The notes beneath the pieces were generated by a model. The model ran no database searches. It worked only from the letters and a program-made list of their open reading frames with translations, and was not told the DNA's origin. A stretch of DNA of 64,000 nucleotides, taken from Squalus acanthias (taxonomy: Eukaryota). The position numbers and the translations under genes are program-made. The DNA lies in assembly GCA_030390025.1 (NCBI GenBank), contig CM059432.1:153328001-153392000 (forward strand). The letters are read 5' to 3'. Of this stretch, positions 63,980 through 64,000 are shown piece by piece (position 1 is the first letter of the stretch; every line of letters starts with the position of its first letter).

Positions 63980-64000
63980 GTAACTCCAAATGTGCTGGTT

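Overview
Repeat-saturated vertebrate DNA with no recognisable host protein-coding gene. The SINE/LINE repertoire (HE1-type V-SINEs, CR1/HER1 and L2 LINEs, Deu-domain SINEs) points to a cartilaginous fish, probably a shark (inference). Main contents: (1) A full-length two-gene PIF/Harbinger transposon (4861-9266; 12-bp TIRs, CAT TSD) with an intact DDE transposase and a convergent three-exon Myb/SANT gene. The Myb/SANT gene has one homopolymer frameshift and a SINE in intron 1. (2) About a dozen non-autonomous or decayed Harbingers from several subfamilies, many nested. (3) A 1.63-kb solo LTR (9275-10904, GTCTC TSD) abutting the Harbinger. (4) A ~16.3-kb array of a 27-bp satellite with higher-order structure, which explains all the giant ORFs at 35-52 kb. 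(5) CR1/L2 LINE fragments, SINEs, a hAT MITE and microsatellites. Most notable signals: an extended palindromic Harbinger target preference with a free 3-bp core, mosaic MITE ends, a conserved RRSxR-like C-terminal motif in three divergent Myb/SANT proteins, the large unclassified solo LTR, and the codon-like variation pattern of the satellite. Family names are recalled from memory, not from database searches.
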